Below are positions 1 to 13,413 of a stretch of 64,000 nt of DNA, piece by piece. Numbering within the stretch: the first letter of the stretch is position 1; every line of letters begins with the position of its first letter. This stretch comes from Octopus sinensis. Taxonomy: Eukaryota. The translations under genes and the position numbers were made by a program. The stretch covers positions 93,868,001 through 93,932,000 of the forward strand of contig NC_043000.1 in NCBI RefSeq assembly GCF_006345805.1. Direction: 5' to 3'. The notes under the pieces are model-generated. The model ran no database searches, was not told the origin of the DNA, and worked only from the letters and a program-made list of their open reading frames with translations.

Positions 1-444
1 TCTGAGATTTTACTCGGCGCTACGAAGCTAGAAGAGAACTTACCCAGATATATAAACTTAATTATTTTTTTAACCAATATTTTTACTTTAGTTAACATAT
101 TTAATGGAGTTACCGAGTACAACAAAATTAGATATTTCTAATTAGATTAGTTCTAAAAGCCTTGGGAGATTAAAAGAAATTTGTCTACTCCTTGGGTTAC
201 ACAAGAATTACCAAATATTTTCTGACATCTTTGATGATATAATACGAAATACGCAGTTTTCTTAATTTCTTAATGTGCGTGTTCAGTTCTTGTTCCTACA
301 TATATTACATACAGAAGCGCCCACACACACAAACACATATAAAAACACACAAACACACACATATATGTATATATAAACATATACACACATATGCACATAT
401 AAAATCAAAAGATTCCCTTCCGGATTTAAATTCGGGGAGCATAA

Positions 445-780
<336 letters not shown>

Positions 781-784
781 CTCG

Positions 785-1285
<501 letters not shown>

Positions 1286-1641
1286 ACACAGGCACATAAT
1301 ACCACTCACTTTATATATTACGACTGACTCTGACTGTAATGGAGTTAACCGCTGAATTCGAAGAGCTGCAGGTTAATAGGAACAAATAAAATAAAAAGTA
1401 ATTGAGAGAAAGGAAGTTGCGAAAATGATGTAGTTTGAAGAGAATAAGTTCTGTGTAGGTTTTCCCTCTCTTAAAAATTAATTGGCCAATAGGCAAAGGG
1501 AAAGAGATATCAAGTTAAAAATTACAAGCTTTGAATATCCATGTTCTGAAACAAATATATTACCGTTAGGTAATATATTCAATTATGAGGCGTTATATTA
1601 ATAAGTATTTGAAGGCAATTATTTTGCATTTTATATTCCTT

Positions 1642-2032
1642 TACTCTTTTACTCTTTTACTTGTTTCAGTCATTTGACTGTGGCCATACTGGAGCTCCGC
1701 CTTTAGTCGAGCAAATAGACTAGTACTTATTCTATCGCTCTCTTTTGTCGAACGGCTAAGTTACGGGGACGTAAACACATCAGCATCAGTTGTCAAGCGA
1801 TGTTGGGGGTACAAACACAGACACACAAACATACACACACACACACACACATATATATATACATATATACGACGGGCTTCTTTCAGTTTCCGTCTACCAA
1901 ATCCACTCACAAGGCATTGGTAGGTCCGAGGCTATAGTAGAAGACACTTGCCCAAGGTGCCACGCAGTAGGACTGAACCCGGAACCATGTGGCTGGTAAG
2001 CAAGCTACTCACCACACAGCCACTCCTACGCC
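1642..2032 (-). mobile_element. tRNA-derived SINE family A, full length
   Basis: Minus-strand head GGCGTAGGAGTGGCTGTGTGGTGAG...GGTTCAGTCCTACTGCGTGGCACCTTGGGCAAGTGTCTTC (A/B-box-like), internal (TA)/(TG) tract, tail ...GCAGTCAAATGACTGAAACAAGTAAAAGAG; many homologues in the window. Confidence 0.9.
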
Positions 2033-2404
2033 ACGGATCTGTTAAAGCAGATTATCATGCGTTAATAACAAATACGGGTATAAGCAGTTTAAACGGATGA
2101 AAAGGGGAAAGTGGAAAGATATCTATTCTAGAAGAAAAGAAGTCCCTATCGAAATTAGTAACGCTTATAGTGATGGGTAGTTTGCTTTCAATGCATTGTT
2201 TATACCCCGTGGATACACATGCAAAAGATGCTTTTTTTTTGTATGATGTCACCCAAGCTATACACTATATTAACCAGTTTACAGCGGAAATATTTACTTA
2301 AAATTTAATTACTCTTCACTGCGGAAAGCAACTTTATATACTAGTCTATAATTTGTTGAAGAACGTCCTGTTTTAAACTAGTTGTTATTGAGATATCTTT
2401 CTCT

Positions 2405-2799
2405 TTTCTTTTTTACTTGTTTCAGTCATTTGACTGCGGCCATGCTGGAGCACCGCCTTTAGTCGAGCAAATCGACCCCGGGACTTATTCTTTGTAAGCC
2501 CAGTACTTATTCTATCGGTCTCTTTTTGCCGAACCGCTAAGTGACGGGAACGTAAACACACCAGCATCGGTTGCTAGGGGGACAAACACAGACACACAAA
2601 CACACACATATATATATATATATATATACATATATACGACAGGCTTCTTTCAGTTTCCGTCTACCAAATCCACTCACAAGGCATTGGTCGGCCCGGGGCT
2701 ATAGCAGAAGACACTTGCCCAAGATGCCACGCAGTGGGACTGAACCCGGAACCATGAGGTTGGTTAGCAAGCTACTTACCACACAGCCACTCCTGCGCC
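2405..2799 (-). mobile_element. SINE family A, full length
   Basis: Close homologue of 1642-2032 in the same orientation. Confidence 0.9.
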
Positions 2800-3526
2800 T
2801 ATGTCAAGCTTCTTGCAAAAAATACCAGTGCTGTTTTTCTGGTAGGTATTTAATATCATTACTGAATATCATGGAAATTTAATTTCGCATTTAAAAGGTT
2901 AATTCAAAGACTTGTTCATATTAAGGATGTTGCCCTTGTTAGTAAGGCTCTGACGATATCATCTAAATCAATACACGTTATCAAACTCTTGGGAATAGAT
3001 TGTTTTCAGTTCCTTTTTCATATCAGAGATATTATCCTACAAGTGATACTTCTGCTTGTGACATACATACATGCATACATACATATATACACACATACAT
3101 AAACACGCAGACACACACATACACACATACACATATTTAGAAAGTTGTTTGTTACGGCCGGTCAGAGAGTGATCATTGGTTTCGCACCTAAAAGCACTTA
3201 GCTGTATAGGCGACTCGTCAAACTCAAATGGCCGGAGGCAAACAACTTCTCTACAACTGGAGGGAGGAAAATGTCATGGTCAGTTAGTTTTGTAATCAAA
3301 AATTCCCAGAACAAAACCCTACTTGTATAGTCTTGGCAAAGCGGAGTTATTTCCCATACATAGGTTCCAGCCGTGGCAACAACGACTACTTTCGGAATTG
3401 GTAGCAAATTTCCTAGTCTGAAAATGAAGCCATCCTTATTTGCAACAGGAATTAGATATACTACAACTCTAATATTTTAGAATGTGCTTCTTCATCGGAT
3501 ATCTGAATTACTGACAGGTATGTATG

Positions 3527-3608
<82 letters not shown>

Positions 3609-3744
3609 CGTGTGTGTGTGTGTATGTGTGTGTGTGTGTGTATGTGTGTGTATACACATGTATATGTATGTATGTATATATATACATATATATTCATATA
3701 TACATATATATATTCATATATATATGTATCAGGGCTCCTTGATC

Positions 3745-3886
3745 AAGTGTCCTCTGGTACCGAAGAAGAGCGTCCGCTCGAAACGTTACACCATCTTTCT
3801 TTCCTTCTCTGAGCGTCTGCTAATACTTTACATGTACCACGTCCTCGCGGTGTTGTTTTTGTGTTTGTTCTTGTTTTGGGGATTTA

Positions 3887-3890
<4 letters not shown>
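3745..3890 (+). mobile_element. Penelope-like terminal-repeat remnant with degenerate hammerhead
   Basis: CCGAAGA-A-GAGC-GTCC-GCTC-GAAA-CGTT at ~3760-3788 (U4 mutated, stem I poor); homologous to 30825-30880 and 49990-50056. Confidence 0.6.
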
Positions 3891-3925
<35 letters not shown>

Positions 3926-3959
3926 CATACATGTATACACATTCACATACAGACATACT

Positions 3960-4069
<110 letters not shown>

Positions 4070-4590
4070 GTGGTGGCTGCCCCCTCGTTATCGAGTATGG
4101 TCATTGCACGACGCTTAATCAATGTTGTTATCGTGCAATGCCTGTGCAAGAAGATTCTTTTTAAAGTGAGGAAAGGTTGTGCGCTGAGTCAATCCCACTC
4201 ACTAAGCAACAGCAGCCATAATCCGAAAAGAAGAACAAGTCAACACCATCGGTAACCACTGAGCCGTAGGTTTTATGTCGGAGTTATCCGAGTTACCTGA
4301 GTTACCTTCTCCTAGAAGGATGCTATAACAAAGGCTAGGAGTCCTTCACTCCCAATGGTTTAACCGCGCGATCGGGTATTCAGTCCGATTATTTCTATGT
4401 CCCCGCGCATGATACAGCCTTAAGACATTTACTGGATGGCCATTCACTCTCAAGAGTTCCTTCGCCCTTTGACGGGTTTTGTTTTTCATCCCGCAGGGTG
4501 TCCAATAAACACCATTCTCACCAAGCAAGCTTGGTGGGGTTGCCGGATTAGTCGCCGACGACCCGACCATGCAACAGGTTGTACTGGGTT
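4070..4590 (-). mobile_element. Non-coding repeat resembling an RTE 5'UTR/3'-end derivative
   Basis: Minus-strand ...CTAGGAGAAGGTAACTC...ACATAAAACCTACGGC motif resembles RTE 5'UTRs; assignment is by recollection of the motif only. Confidence 0.35.
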
Positions 4591-4639
4591 ACATATTACC
4601 AGTAGCACTCGAAAGTGACCTGAAAAAAAAAAGACCTTT

Positions 4640-5530
4640 TTGATGTAAATAAATTTTGTTGTTAACATGGTCCGATTTGAATTTTATCTTCTACAGATTG
4701 AAGAGCAAGCCTTCTTCTATCATACTCTCAATTTTGGTCAACTTGCGCTGCAGGGTCTCGAAGGAGATAGTGTTAGTTGAAAGCTACCAAACCTGCCACA
4801 AACAGACAACTTCAGCTTTATATATATAGATTTGCTACACACTACTTTCCATCCTTAATAATGAAACTTGGTAGATCCAAAAGTTAAACACACAGACACA
4901 CACACAGATACACACACAGACACGCAAGTTGAGTTTTATATATATAGATTTCTCAACGGGGATTTCAGGGAGTCGCTGGCGATGTAGCGTGATGATCAAA
5001 AATCCGGCCTGCTAAAATTTGGTTAAAGTGATTCAAACTGCAGACTCAACGCAAAATGGTTACATTTAATTCAAAGCGTTAAAAATGTTATGAAAACAAT
5101 TGGTATGTGTTCACAAAGTCCAAACGATTAATACGAAAAAACCCTCCAGGCTACATCCCGAAAATTCATTTCTTTGCCGAATTTCTACAAAGTTTACGGC
5201 GATTCGTTTTTATATTTTTATTTTTTATTTTTCATGAAATTTACGTATGCTTGCACTCGTAGTGAACACAGTTCACGTCAAACAGCTGACTGAGTAAAGT
5301 TCACTATTCAATGCACGGATAAGGCCTAAACAAACACATTATCGATTTTTGCACTTGCGAGATGAATTTCGGAACAGAAATAGTGCAGTTCAATTTTCAT
5401 TCGCCTAAACTTTAAGTGAGCCATTTTTGGTGGTTCTACGATTTGTTGGCTAGGAGGAGATGTGCCGGGAAGTTAAATACACAGACACACACACAGATAC
5501 ACAAGTTGAGTTTTATATATATATATATAT
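4640..5530 (-). mobile_element. Tandem Helitron/Helentron-like non-autonomous heads
   Basis: Three minus-strand starts of the form (TC)TATATATATAAA(A)CT(G/C)AA(G/C)TTG followed by (TGTC/TGTG) tracts at ~4830, ~4950 and ~5520. Confidence 0.45.
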
Positions 5531-5531
5531 A

Positions 5532-5569
<38 letters not shown>

Positions 5570-5699
5570 TGAGAGAGAGATTGTTAGATAAATAGATTCT
5601 TCGCCGATGTACACCGAACAACAAGGAGACGACTGAACAATCCAATCTCTTCCAATAAAGCGTTTTTCGATATTTTACTCTGCAACGATCTATAAACAC

Positions 5700-5752
<53 letters not shown>

Positions 5753-5775
5753 TTATTATTATTATTATTATTATT

Positions 5776-6328
5776 GAGTGAGAGAGCAGTTCATGCCATC
5801 AAAGTGACACTGGGGTAAAATATACGAAGCCCAATATACCCATCATGACTACCCGTCTGATAAGGGTACACCAGGCACATGCATCACAACCATATGTGCG
5901 CAACATGGTGATCTCATATCAAGATAAACAGCACATGACCTTGCAGGTGGGGCCCAGTTAGAATTTTCTTCAGGTTGAGTAGCCCATCCCGCTCAAAAGG
6001 TCCCTGATTAAGGGTTATTTAAGGATGTTGATAGAGCCACCCATTTTTCCATAGGTGACTTATTCAAACCCCAAAGAATCTCCCTCAACACATGGCTATG
6101 ATGCTCCCCATTACTTCTGCTCGTGATCAGAGATGCACATATCGTCAGCCACTAAGGGACATGCTCAACTGGTTAAAGTCAAACAACTGACAAGCAAATC
6201 TGTGGTATTGAGCAGAATATTTGCTGTAGCCCATCTTTTATACCAAGACAAAACAATGTACATGATAACACTTCGAATCAGTTAAGATCAGAAGCCATGA
6301 GAGCCACTGCCTGGTACTGCATCAGGGC

Positions 6329-6332
<4 letters not shown>
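5776..6332 (-). mobile_element. ~557-bp non-coding element embedded in (TAA)n
   Basis: Flanked on both sides by (ATT)n (5701-5775; 6331-6507); ends AAATGCCCTGATGCAG... and ...GCTCTCTCACTC; second copy at 22175-22582. Confidence 0.85.
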
Positions 6333-6386
<54 letters not shown>

Positions 6387-6389
6387 ATT

Positions 6390-6420
<31 letters not shown>

Positions 6421-6434
6421 TCATTATTATTATA

Positions 6435-6511
<77 letters not shown>

Positions 6512-6840
6512 TTGTCTTTGATTTTTCTTCAGTTGAAATGCACTGAACCAGTGATTGGCTTATTCCACCAAATCGGAATACACATAAATAAATAAGGCAT
6601 TATCCCACGGCGAAATATGACCGCAATGGTTGTGGTTGTTTCAAATCAGCCACACAAGTTAAAGAACCTCTTACTAATTTTACAGTGCTACTATTGCTGC
6701 TGCTCGGAGCCATTTGCTTTACCTCCACCCATCTTGTAGTACCAGTTTTTTTTTTAAATTCAGATTTATGTAATCAAGTAGTCCCTCGCAAACTTGCTAG
6801 CCTTGTGCTAAAATTTAAAATTAATATTTTTGCGAGTGTT

Positions 6841-7454
6841 AAAGTGGCGAGCTGGCAGAATCGTTAGCACGCCGGGCGAAATGCCTAGCCGTATTTCGTT
6901 TGCCGTTACGTTCTGAGTTCAAATTCTGCCGAGGTCGACTTTGCCTTTCATCCTTTCGGGGTCGATAAATTAAATACCAGTTACGCACTGGAGTCGATGT
7001 AATCGACTTAATCCGTTTGTCTGTCCTTGTTTGTCCTCCGTGTGTTAAGTCCCTTGTGGGTAGTAAAGAAATAGGTATTTCGTCTGCCGCTACGTTCTGA
7101 GTTCAAATTCTGCCGAGGTCAACTTTGCCTTTCATCCTTTCGGGGTCGATAAATTAAATACCAGTTACGCACTGGAGTCGATGTAATCGACTTAATCCCT
7201 TTGTCTGTCCTTGTTTGTTCCCTCTATGTTAAGCCCCTTGCGGGCAATAAAGAAATAAGAATCGTTAGCATGCCGGGCAACAAGTTTAGCGGCATTTCGT
7301 TCACATTTACTTTCTGAGTTCAAATTCCGTCGAGGTTGACCTTACCTTTCATCCTTTTGGGGTTGATAAAATAAATAGCAATTAAGCACTGGGGTCGATG
7401 TAATCGACTTATCTCTACCCCGAAGTTTCTGGTTTTGTGCCAAAGTTTAAAGTC
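6841..7454 (+). mobile_element. SINE family B trimer (two alternative-tail units plus one standard-tail unit)
   Basis: Head GGCGAGCTGGCAGAATCGTTAGCACGCCGGGCGAAATGC...GAGTTCAAATTCTGCC; units restart at ~7074 and ~7258. Confidence 0.9.
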
Positions 7455-7504
7455 AATATTTTAGCATGATGAGTTTTGACAAGTATAAACATTAATGCCT
7501 TTTA

Positions 7505-7650
7505 TATTTTACTTTTTACTTGTTGCATTTGTTGGCCTACGGCCATGCTGGGGCACTGCCTTGAAGAGTTTAGTTGAACAAATCGACCCCAGTATTTATT
7601 TTCTTAATCTGGTGCTTACTCTAGTGGCCTCATTTGCCGAAATGCTAAGT
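7505..7650 (-). mobile_element. SINE A 3' fragment, diverged
   Basis: Homology to the family A tail (GGCCATGCTGGGGCACTGCCTTGAAG...AATCGACCCCAGTA). Confidence 0.75.
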
Positions 7651-9044
7651 TGAAAAGAGCATATCGATTTAGGATCAGGCTTTCGTTTGGTTTGGCGGAT
7701 AGACATAAGCCATAACATGTATAGTGCAGTTCAAGATATAATTTCTTTCATCAGATTCGTTTTTTACGTCTACTTAGTTGTAAGAACTTTGCTGAGAAAG
7801 GTTGATTGTCTGGCCATTGTTTAGACAGTTTGTCAGATAATCAAAGTTAAAACACTAGTAGACGGAGTGATATAGTCGGAAAGAGTAAATAAATAAGAAA
7901 ATAAGAAAATAACTACATAGGTAAAAGTAAATAAATATATAAAAATCAGTTCAATAAGGATCAAAATATAGATGATATTAGTGTGTCGGTCGTGAGAAGA
8001 AAATTGTAACGATTCAGACAAGACCCTTCTTTGAGGAATGTCAGTGAGCTCGATGGCTAATTTATTAAGAGATCTTAGTGAATAACCTTGAGTGATAAAT
8101 GAAGATAAAGAGGAACTGAAGAAGTAAAGACTAATCTATAAAACATAGACTGTTTTATTGACAACGACAAAACAATGTCTAGGGGGGAGGAGGAGATGAA
8201 GGGGAGGAGATGAAGAGGAGAGAGAAAAGTGTAGTAATCGAGTAACCTGTTGAGGTGATGCCAGAATAAATAACGAGGACGAGAAAGAAGAAGAGGAGAT
8301 CGAAGTAAGTGAAAGAAGATAGTGCGGGAGAAAGGAAAAGAGAAGAATAGACGAGAATTGTAATGATATATAACGGCTGAAGTCAAAGTTCCTTAAAGGG
8401 TTAAGACTAAAAAATAAAAGAGAAAAAAAGCAAAAGGAATATAAACAAAGGAAAACATAAATAAAATAAAAGTTTCTTGAATTGAGGTCAAAGTTTGAAC
8501 GTATATCTGAATAAAATTCTTGAATGGCGATTGGTTCCTAGATATATAAAGTGGAAACAAGAATGTGTCTGTGTATCAATTTGTATATGTATTCTATTGC
8601 ATTAAAGTAGTAGTAGTAGTGGTAGTGGGAGGGGAAGGAGAAGAGAGAATTGAGAGTCAAACTGGATACTTTGTATTGATTTTTCAATAAAATTAATTCT
8701 TCTATAAAATTAGTTCAATAAAATTAACATAGTATTAATATACTGTTGTCGACCCAAGCAACTAGACTTCCGCTCCAGTTACGTTTAGTAACAATAAGAT
8801 CAATATATTTATAAATGTATTGACCAAATAGACAGCATACGAGAAAAAAAAAATTACTTGGCGTATGAAACCCGTAACCAAGAAAAAAATGGCGTTGCTT
8901 TTAAAAGTAGAAATGCATGAACTCTTTACAGGAATAAAAGTATAGACTTATTTGCTTCGTTGTGTTTATTTAACCAGAAATAATTTTTTAAAAAGTATTT
9001 TTCAGTGTAAGCTGCTGTTGGTGCCGCTGTTGTGTAACTCCAGG

Positions 9045-9158
9045 TTAGCTGTGATCAAAACAGGAAGTCGTTCGAGTGATTAGGGGCGTGACCCACATTA
9101 TGTTGTTCCGATTGTACCGGGTCTCTGCGTAGCTGAGGTCTACACTGTACACTCCGGC
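9045..9158 (-). CDS. Candidate terminal coding exon (minus-strand model), product unknown
   Basis: Acceptor atttatctttgcag; phase-0 frame AGVYSVDLSYAETRYNRNNIMWVTPLITRTTSCFDHS*; unique AT-rich downstream sequence; no homologue recognised. Confidence 0.2.
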   Translation of the reverse strand, partial: AGVYSVDLSYAETRYNRNNIMWVTPLITRTTSCFDHS

Positions 9159-9344
9159 CTGCAAAGATAAATCATATGGGGGTAGCAGAGCGAGTTAGGA
9201 CATGTATCTGCTGCTTTTGTTGTTTTTTACGGATATAGAAGATATCTTTTAGAATAACAAACAGTAACGATACATTTGGGAAGCGGCTTACGTTGATCAA
9301 ATCTTGCATATCAACGAAATTAGCGAGTATAGCTTTTATTCTTT

Positions 9345-9765
9345 ATCCTTTAATTGTTTCAGTCATTACACTTAGGCCATGCTGGGGCACCACCTTGAAG
9401 AATTATTTTTAGTCGAAGTAAACGACCCCCCACCGTTCTTACGTTTTTAAAAGCCTGGTACTTATTCTGTCATTCCCTTTCACCGAACCTCTTGGTTACA
9501 GGGACGTAAGCACACAAATACCGGTTCTCAAGCTGTGATAAGGGACAAGCACAGACACAAAAGACACACACACGCACAGACGCACAGACGCACGCGCACA
9601 TACGAGAGGCTTCTTTCAATTTTCGTCTACCAAATCCACTCACAAGGCTTTGGTTGGCTCAAGGGTGTCGTAGAAGACACATATCCAAGGTACTACGCAG
9701 TAGGACTGAACCCGGAATCATATGGTTGAGAAGTAAGCTTCCTACTGCACAGCTTCGCCGGCCCC
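9345..9765 (-). mobile_element. SINE family A, diverged full-length copy
   Basis: Head and tail homologous to 1642-2032. Confidence 0.85.
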
Positions 9766-10160
9766 ACATGTTTACTGGAAAGATACTTGATTTATGGACA
9801 TAGAATTTCTGCTTTCCAAATCAAACTATCTGATTTACTATTAATTAGAATTTTAATATTAACTAGATTCAGGATTTAAGCACCAATCAATCATTAGTGA
9901 ATAGGTTTAAAAGGATAATAAGCCACGAAATACATTGTTACATTTGAGAAGAGTCATAACTGATCTAACCTATAAACACATTCGCAATGATATTCCTAGC
10001 ATGAACCTTTCCGTCACCCTTTGTTACGTAGCCAGTCTATGCTCTCCCTTCTTCTCAGTGGCCCAAATATCACTTGTGTACAAGAACACAGGGTCGGACG
10101 GAGCTATTATAGAGACTGGCATGTAGGGTACTTTCCAGCCTTGCCTGAACCCATCTTTTT

Positions 10161-10565
10161 TATTTCTTTATTGCTCACAGGGGGCTAAATAAACATAGAG
10201 GGGACTAACAAGGACAAAGAGATTAAGTCTTTTACATCGACCCCAGTGCGTAACTAGTACTTATTTAATTGACCACGAAAGGATGAAAGGAAAAGTCCAC
10301 CTCAGCGGAATTTGAACGCAGAACGTAACGGCAGACGAAATACCTGTTTCTTTATTACTCACAAGGGGCTAAACATAGAGGGGACAAACAAGGACAGACA
10401 AACAGATTAAGTCGATTACATCGACCCCAGTACGTAACTGGTACTTAATTTATCGACCCCGAAGGGATGAAAGGCAAAGTCGACATCGATGGAATTTGAA
10501 CTCAGAACGTAACGGCAGACAAAATACCGGTAAGCATTTCGCCTGGCGAGCTAACGATTCTGCCA
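10161..10565 (-). mobile_element. SINE family B dimer, both units with the alternative tail
   Basis: Reverse-complement homologue of 6841-7257; internal junction ...AAAGAAACA|GGTATTTCGTCTG at ~10323. Confidence 0.9.
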
Positions 10566-11285
10566 CTATTAAACAATTCAATAAAGAAAGATGTTATTCA
10601 CACCATATAGAAAACATATAATATAAAAAAACATTATTTTAAATCAATAAATTATAATAAATAGTAAATAGTAGTAAAAAGACTACGCACGTTTCATGGC
10701 AATATTTTCAAATAGATAATAATAATATAATCAATTCGATTCAAAATTAAATCGAAATAAAATTAATTCTATTTAAAAATATAGTCACTCGTCAGGTCTA
10801 AGATAATAAATAATAAAAAAATAATAATAGAATAAATGTACTTATTTTAACTTATACTAAATATCAAATAAATATATAAAAAATACGCGTATTAACAATA
10901 AATTATCGAAAAGCATTTGACAATATTTTTTAAAATAAAAATATAACTTATCTTTTCGAAGGATTTTCGTTAACTAACAATTTAAACGTAAAACGTCGAA
11001 CTTAGCGTTTATAAGAAATATAATAATAATATCGCGCAAAAATATGGCGTAAATAGAATTTATAGAAGAAATACATAGAAATATGTATTTAAGCTATTAA
11101 AATTACAAATGTATTTTAGCTGTAAGAAAAAGGAAAAAAAAAACTTTAATATACTATTAACTGGAAAAATTGTAAAGTCTAAATAATTTAAATACTAGAT
11201 ACATAATATAATAAACATAAATTAAGCTAAAATTCTATAATTTAATCTATTTTCATTAATTAATTTACTTATTTTATTATTATTA

Positions 11286-11358
<73 letters not shown>

Positions 11359-11359
11359 G

Positions 11360-11414
11360 TTACTCTTTTACTTGTTTCAGTCATTTGACTGCGGCCATGC
11401 TGGAGCACCGCCTT
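11360..11414 (-). mobile_element. 5'-truncated SINE A tail next to (ATT)n
   Basis: Exact family A terminal ~55 bp. Confidence 0.85.
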
Positions 11415-11443
11415 ATTATATATATATATTTATATATATATAT

Positions 11444-12630
11444 ATTGGGTCATCCCATAAATAATGTGTTTTTCTAATACTTTTTTCAAAATTAATCTAA
11501 AATATGCCCTCCTTCATTCTCTACAATGCTTTTCCATCTATCTGGTAGACTTGCAAGGCCCCCTCTTCCAAATTTCACTTGTCCGTGATGAAAAATACTC
11601 CTTCAGTACTGTTCTGACTTCGTCTACAGAATTCATAAATTTTTTGTACAAATGATTTTGAATACTGCGGAATAAAGGATAATCACATGGGGTAATAACC
11701 GGCGAATATGGAATCTCATCCTCGCTGTATGTGGCTGTGCATTACCTTGATGGAAGAGCACCTTTTTTCTTGAAGCCAAAGATGGTCGATTTTCTTCTAG
11801 CGCTGACTTAAGCTGCTCAAATTGATCGCAGTAGATCTCCATTGTTATCGTTTGGACTAAACCGTTGATATTCCAACAAACAGATAACTACAAATTACGT
11901 GGGTGATGACCTTCTTTAGCCTGGGTGTCAGTATTTCTCTTTTCTCCACCCACTGTCTTTGACGCTTGACATTTTTGTTGAGAAGACATTTCTCGTCACC
12001 AGTCACCATTCGGTCCAAAAACGGTTCATTCGTGAGACGTGAGAGCAAAGAAGAGCACACATTCACTCTCCTCACGTGATTAAATTCGGCAAGTTTGTGA
12101 GGAAACCATTAATCCAATTTGCTGACCTTTCTGATGGAACGCAGTTGTCGATAAATGGTTAAATGACCAAATCCAAATTTCTCTGCTAGTTCCGCAACAG
12201 TTACCATGGAATTTTGTTCCACCAGATTTTGCATGATGTTCTCACTAAACCCTACTGATCTTCCAGAACGAGGCTCATCTTCTAGGTTGTAGTTTCCGGC
12301 TCGGAATTTCTGGAGCCACCGTTGACACTGGCTTAGTGTCCGATCTTCATATACTGCATTAATATTCTTCGCAACTTTCGCTTGCGTTGTTACCTTTATT
12401 GAACTTATAAAGCAAAATATACCGAATATGCTTCTTTGCCACTTCCATTATAGCTTTGAAAAAATAACTGCACTAAAATCGAACTGCACCCTTCACAGCT
12501 TGCACTAAGAATAAGTACAAGGTAACATTACTACCTGCTTTTATAGTACGTTGATACAAGTAATTTATCCCGCTCCACTCCGACTTTTAGATCATGCAAT
12601 TGAAAAAAGCACATTATTTATAGGTTATAT
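11444..12630 (-). mobile_element. Decayed mariner transposon
   Basis: Imperfect TIRs (CCCATAAATAATGTGTTTTT vs reverse complement CCTATAAATAATGTGCTTTT); transposase remnant inside. Confidence 0.85.
11492..12448 (-). pseudogene. Mariner transposase pseudogene
   Basis: MEVAKKHIRYILLYKFNKG start, EPFLDRMVTGDEK, FHQGNAQPH, ...RWKSIVENEGGHILD* end; frameshifts and stops. Confidence 0.9.
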
Positions 12631-12752
12631 ACATATACACATACATGCATATGTCTATATCTATATATGTGTTTACGAATGAATATGTGATAAATTATAT
12701 ATGTATGCATATTTGTATACACATCAATATTTGTATAAACATCAAAACATAC

Positions 12753-12798
<46 letters not shown>

Positions 12799-13362
12799 GT
12801 ATATATACATATATTTATATGTGCATTCATATATATATTTTACACAGCTTACGCGTATATAAATATATATTAATGTATGTGTGTGTGTGAGTGTGCGCGC
12901 GTGTACCTGTAAGTGTTAAAAACAGCTAATGTATTAGATAAACAAGAGAAATGGCAAACATTTCTTAACGTTTCAGATATAGGTACTTCACCAGAAAGAC
13001 AATGAATGAAGGGGAAAATAACAAAAAATTATAGAGAAAATTTTTTAAATATTATTCTTTACTGAAATACTATAAAAATATAAATCATCATCGCAAGGAA
13101 TCAGCAGTTTCATCGATCTGATTCAACGTTTTATTTTAATATATGCATTTATAAATTGATTTTGTTGTTTTCACATTCTTCAGCATTCTTTATTTATATA
13201 TTTTATGCATTTTAGTCTTTACATATATCATTTCATATTCTGTGTATCGAAGTCAGTCTATGATAACTATTTTGTATCATCCTGCATAAAATATTTTGTT
13301 TGAATACATATACATACACACACACACACACACACACACAACACACACACACACACACACAC

Positions 13363-13413
<51 letters not shown>

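Noticed and set aside
4540-4600. Possible HDV-like ribozyme at an RTE-type 5' end (minus strand GG-GTCG-TCGG-CGAC-TAAT-CCGGC)
   Set aside because: Only a P4/J4-2-like half is visible; P1, P2 and P3 cannot be built from the available sequence
6841-7454. Regularly repeated ~190-bp units (and similar at 58405-58947) as a possible CRISPR or satellite array
   Set aside because: The units are SINE bodies with no unique spacers, the context is eukaryotic, and there are no cas genes
10570-11340. Extremely AT-rich blocks (also 28345-28900) with CTGANGA...GAAAC remnants on the minus strand
   Set aside because: Probably decayed PLE repeats, but stem I or the cleavage triplet is broken, so no ribozyme is called
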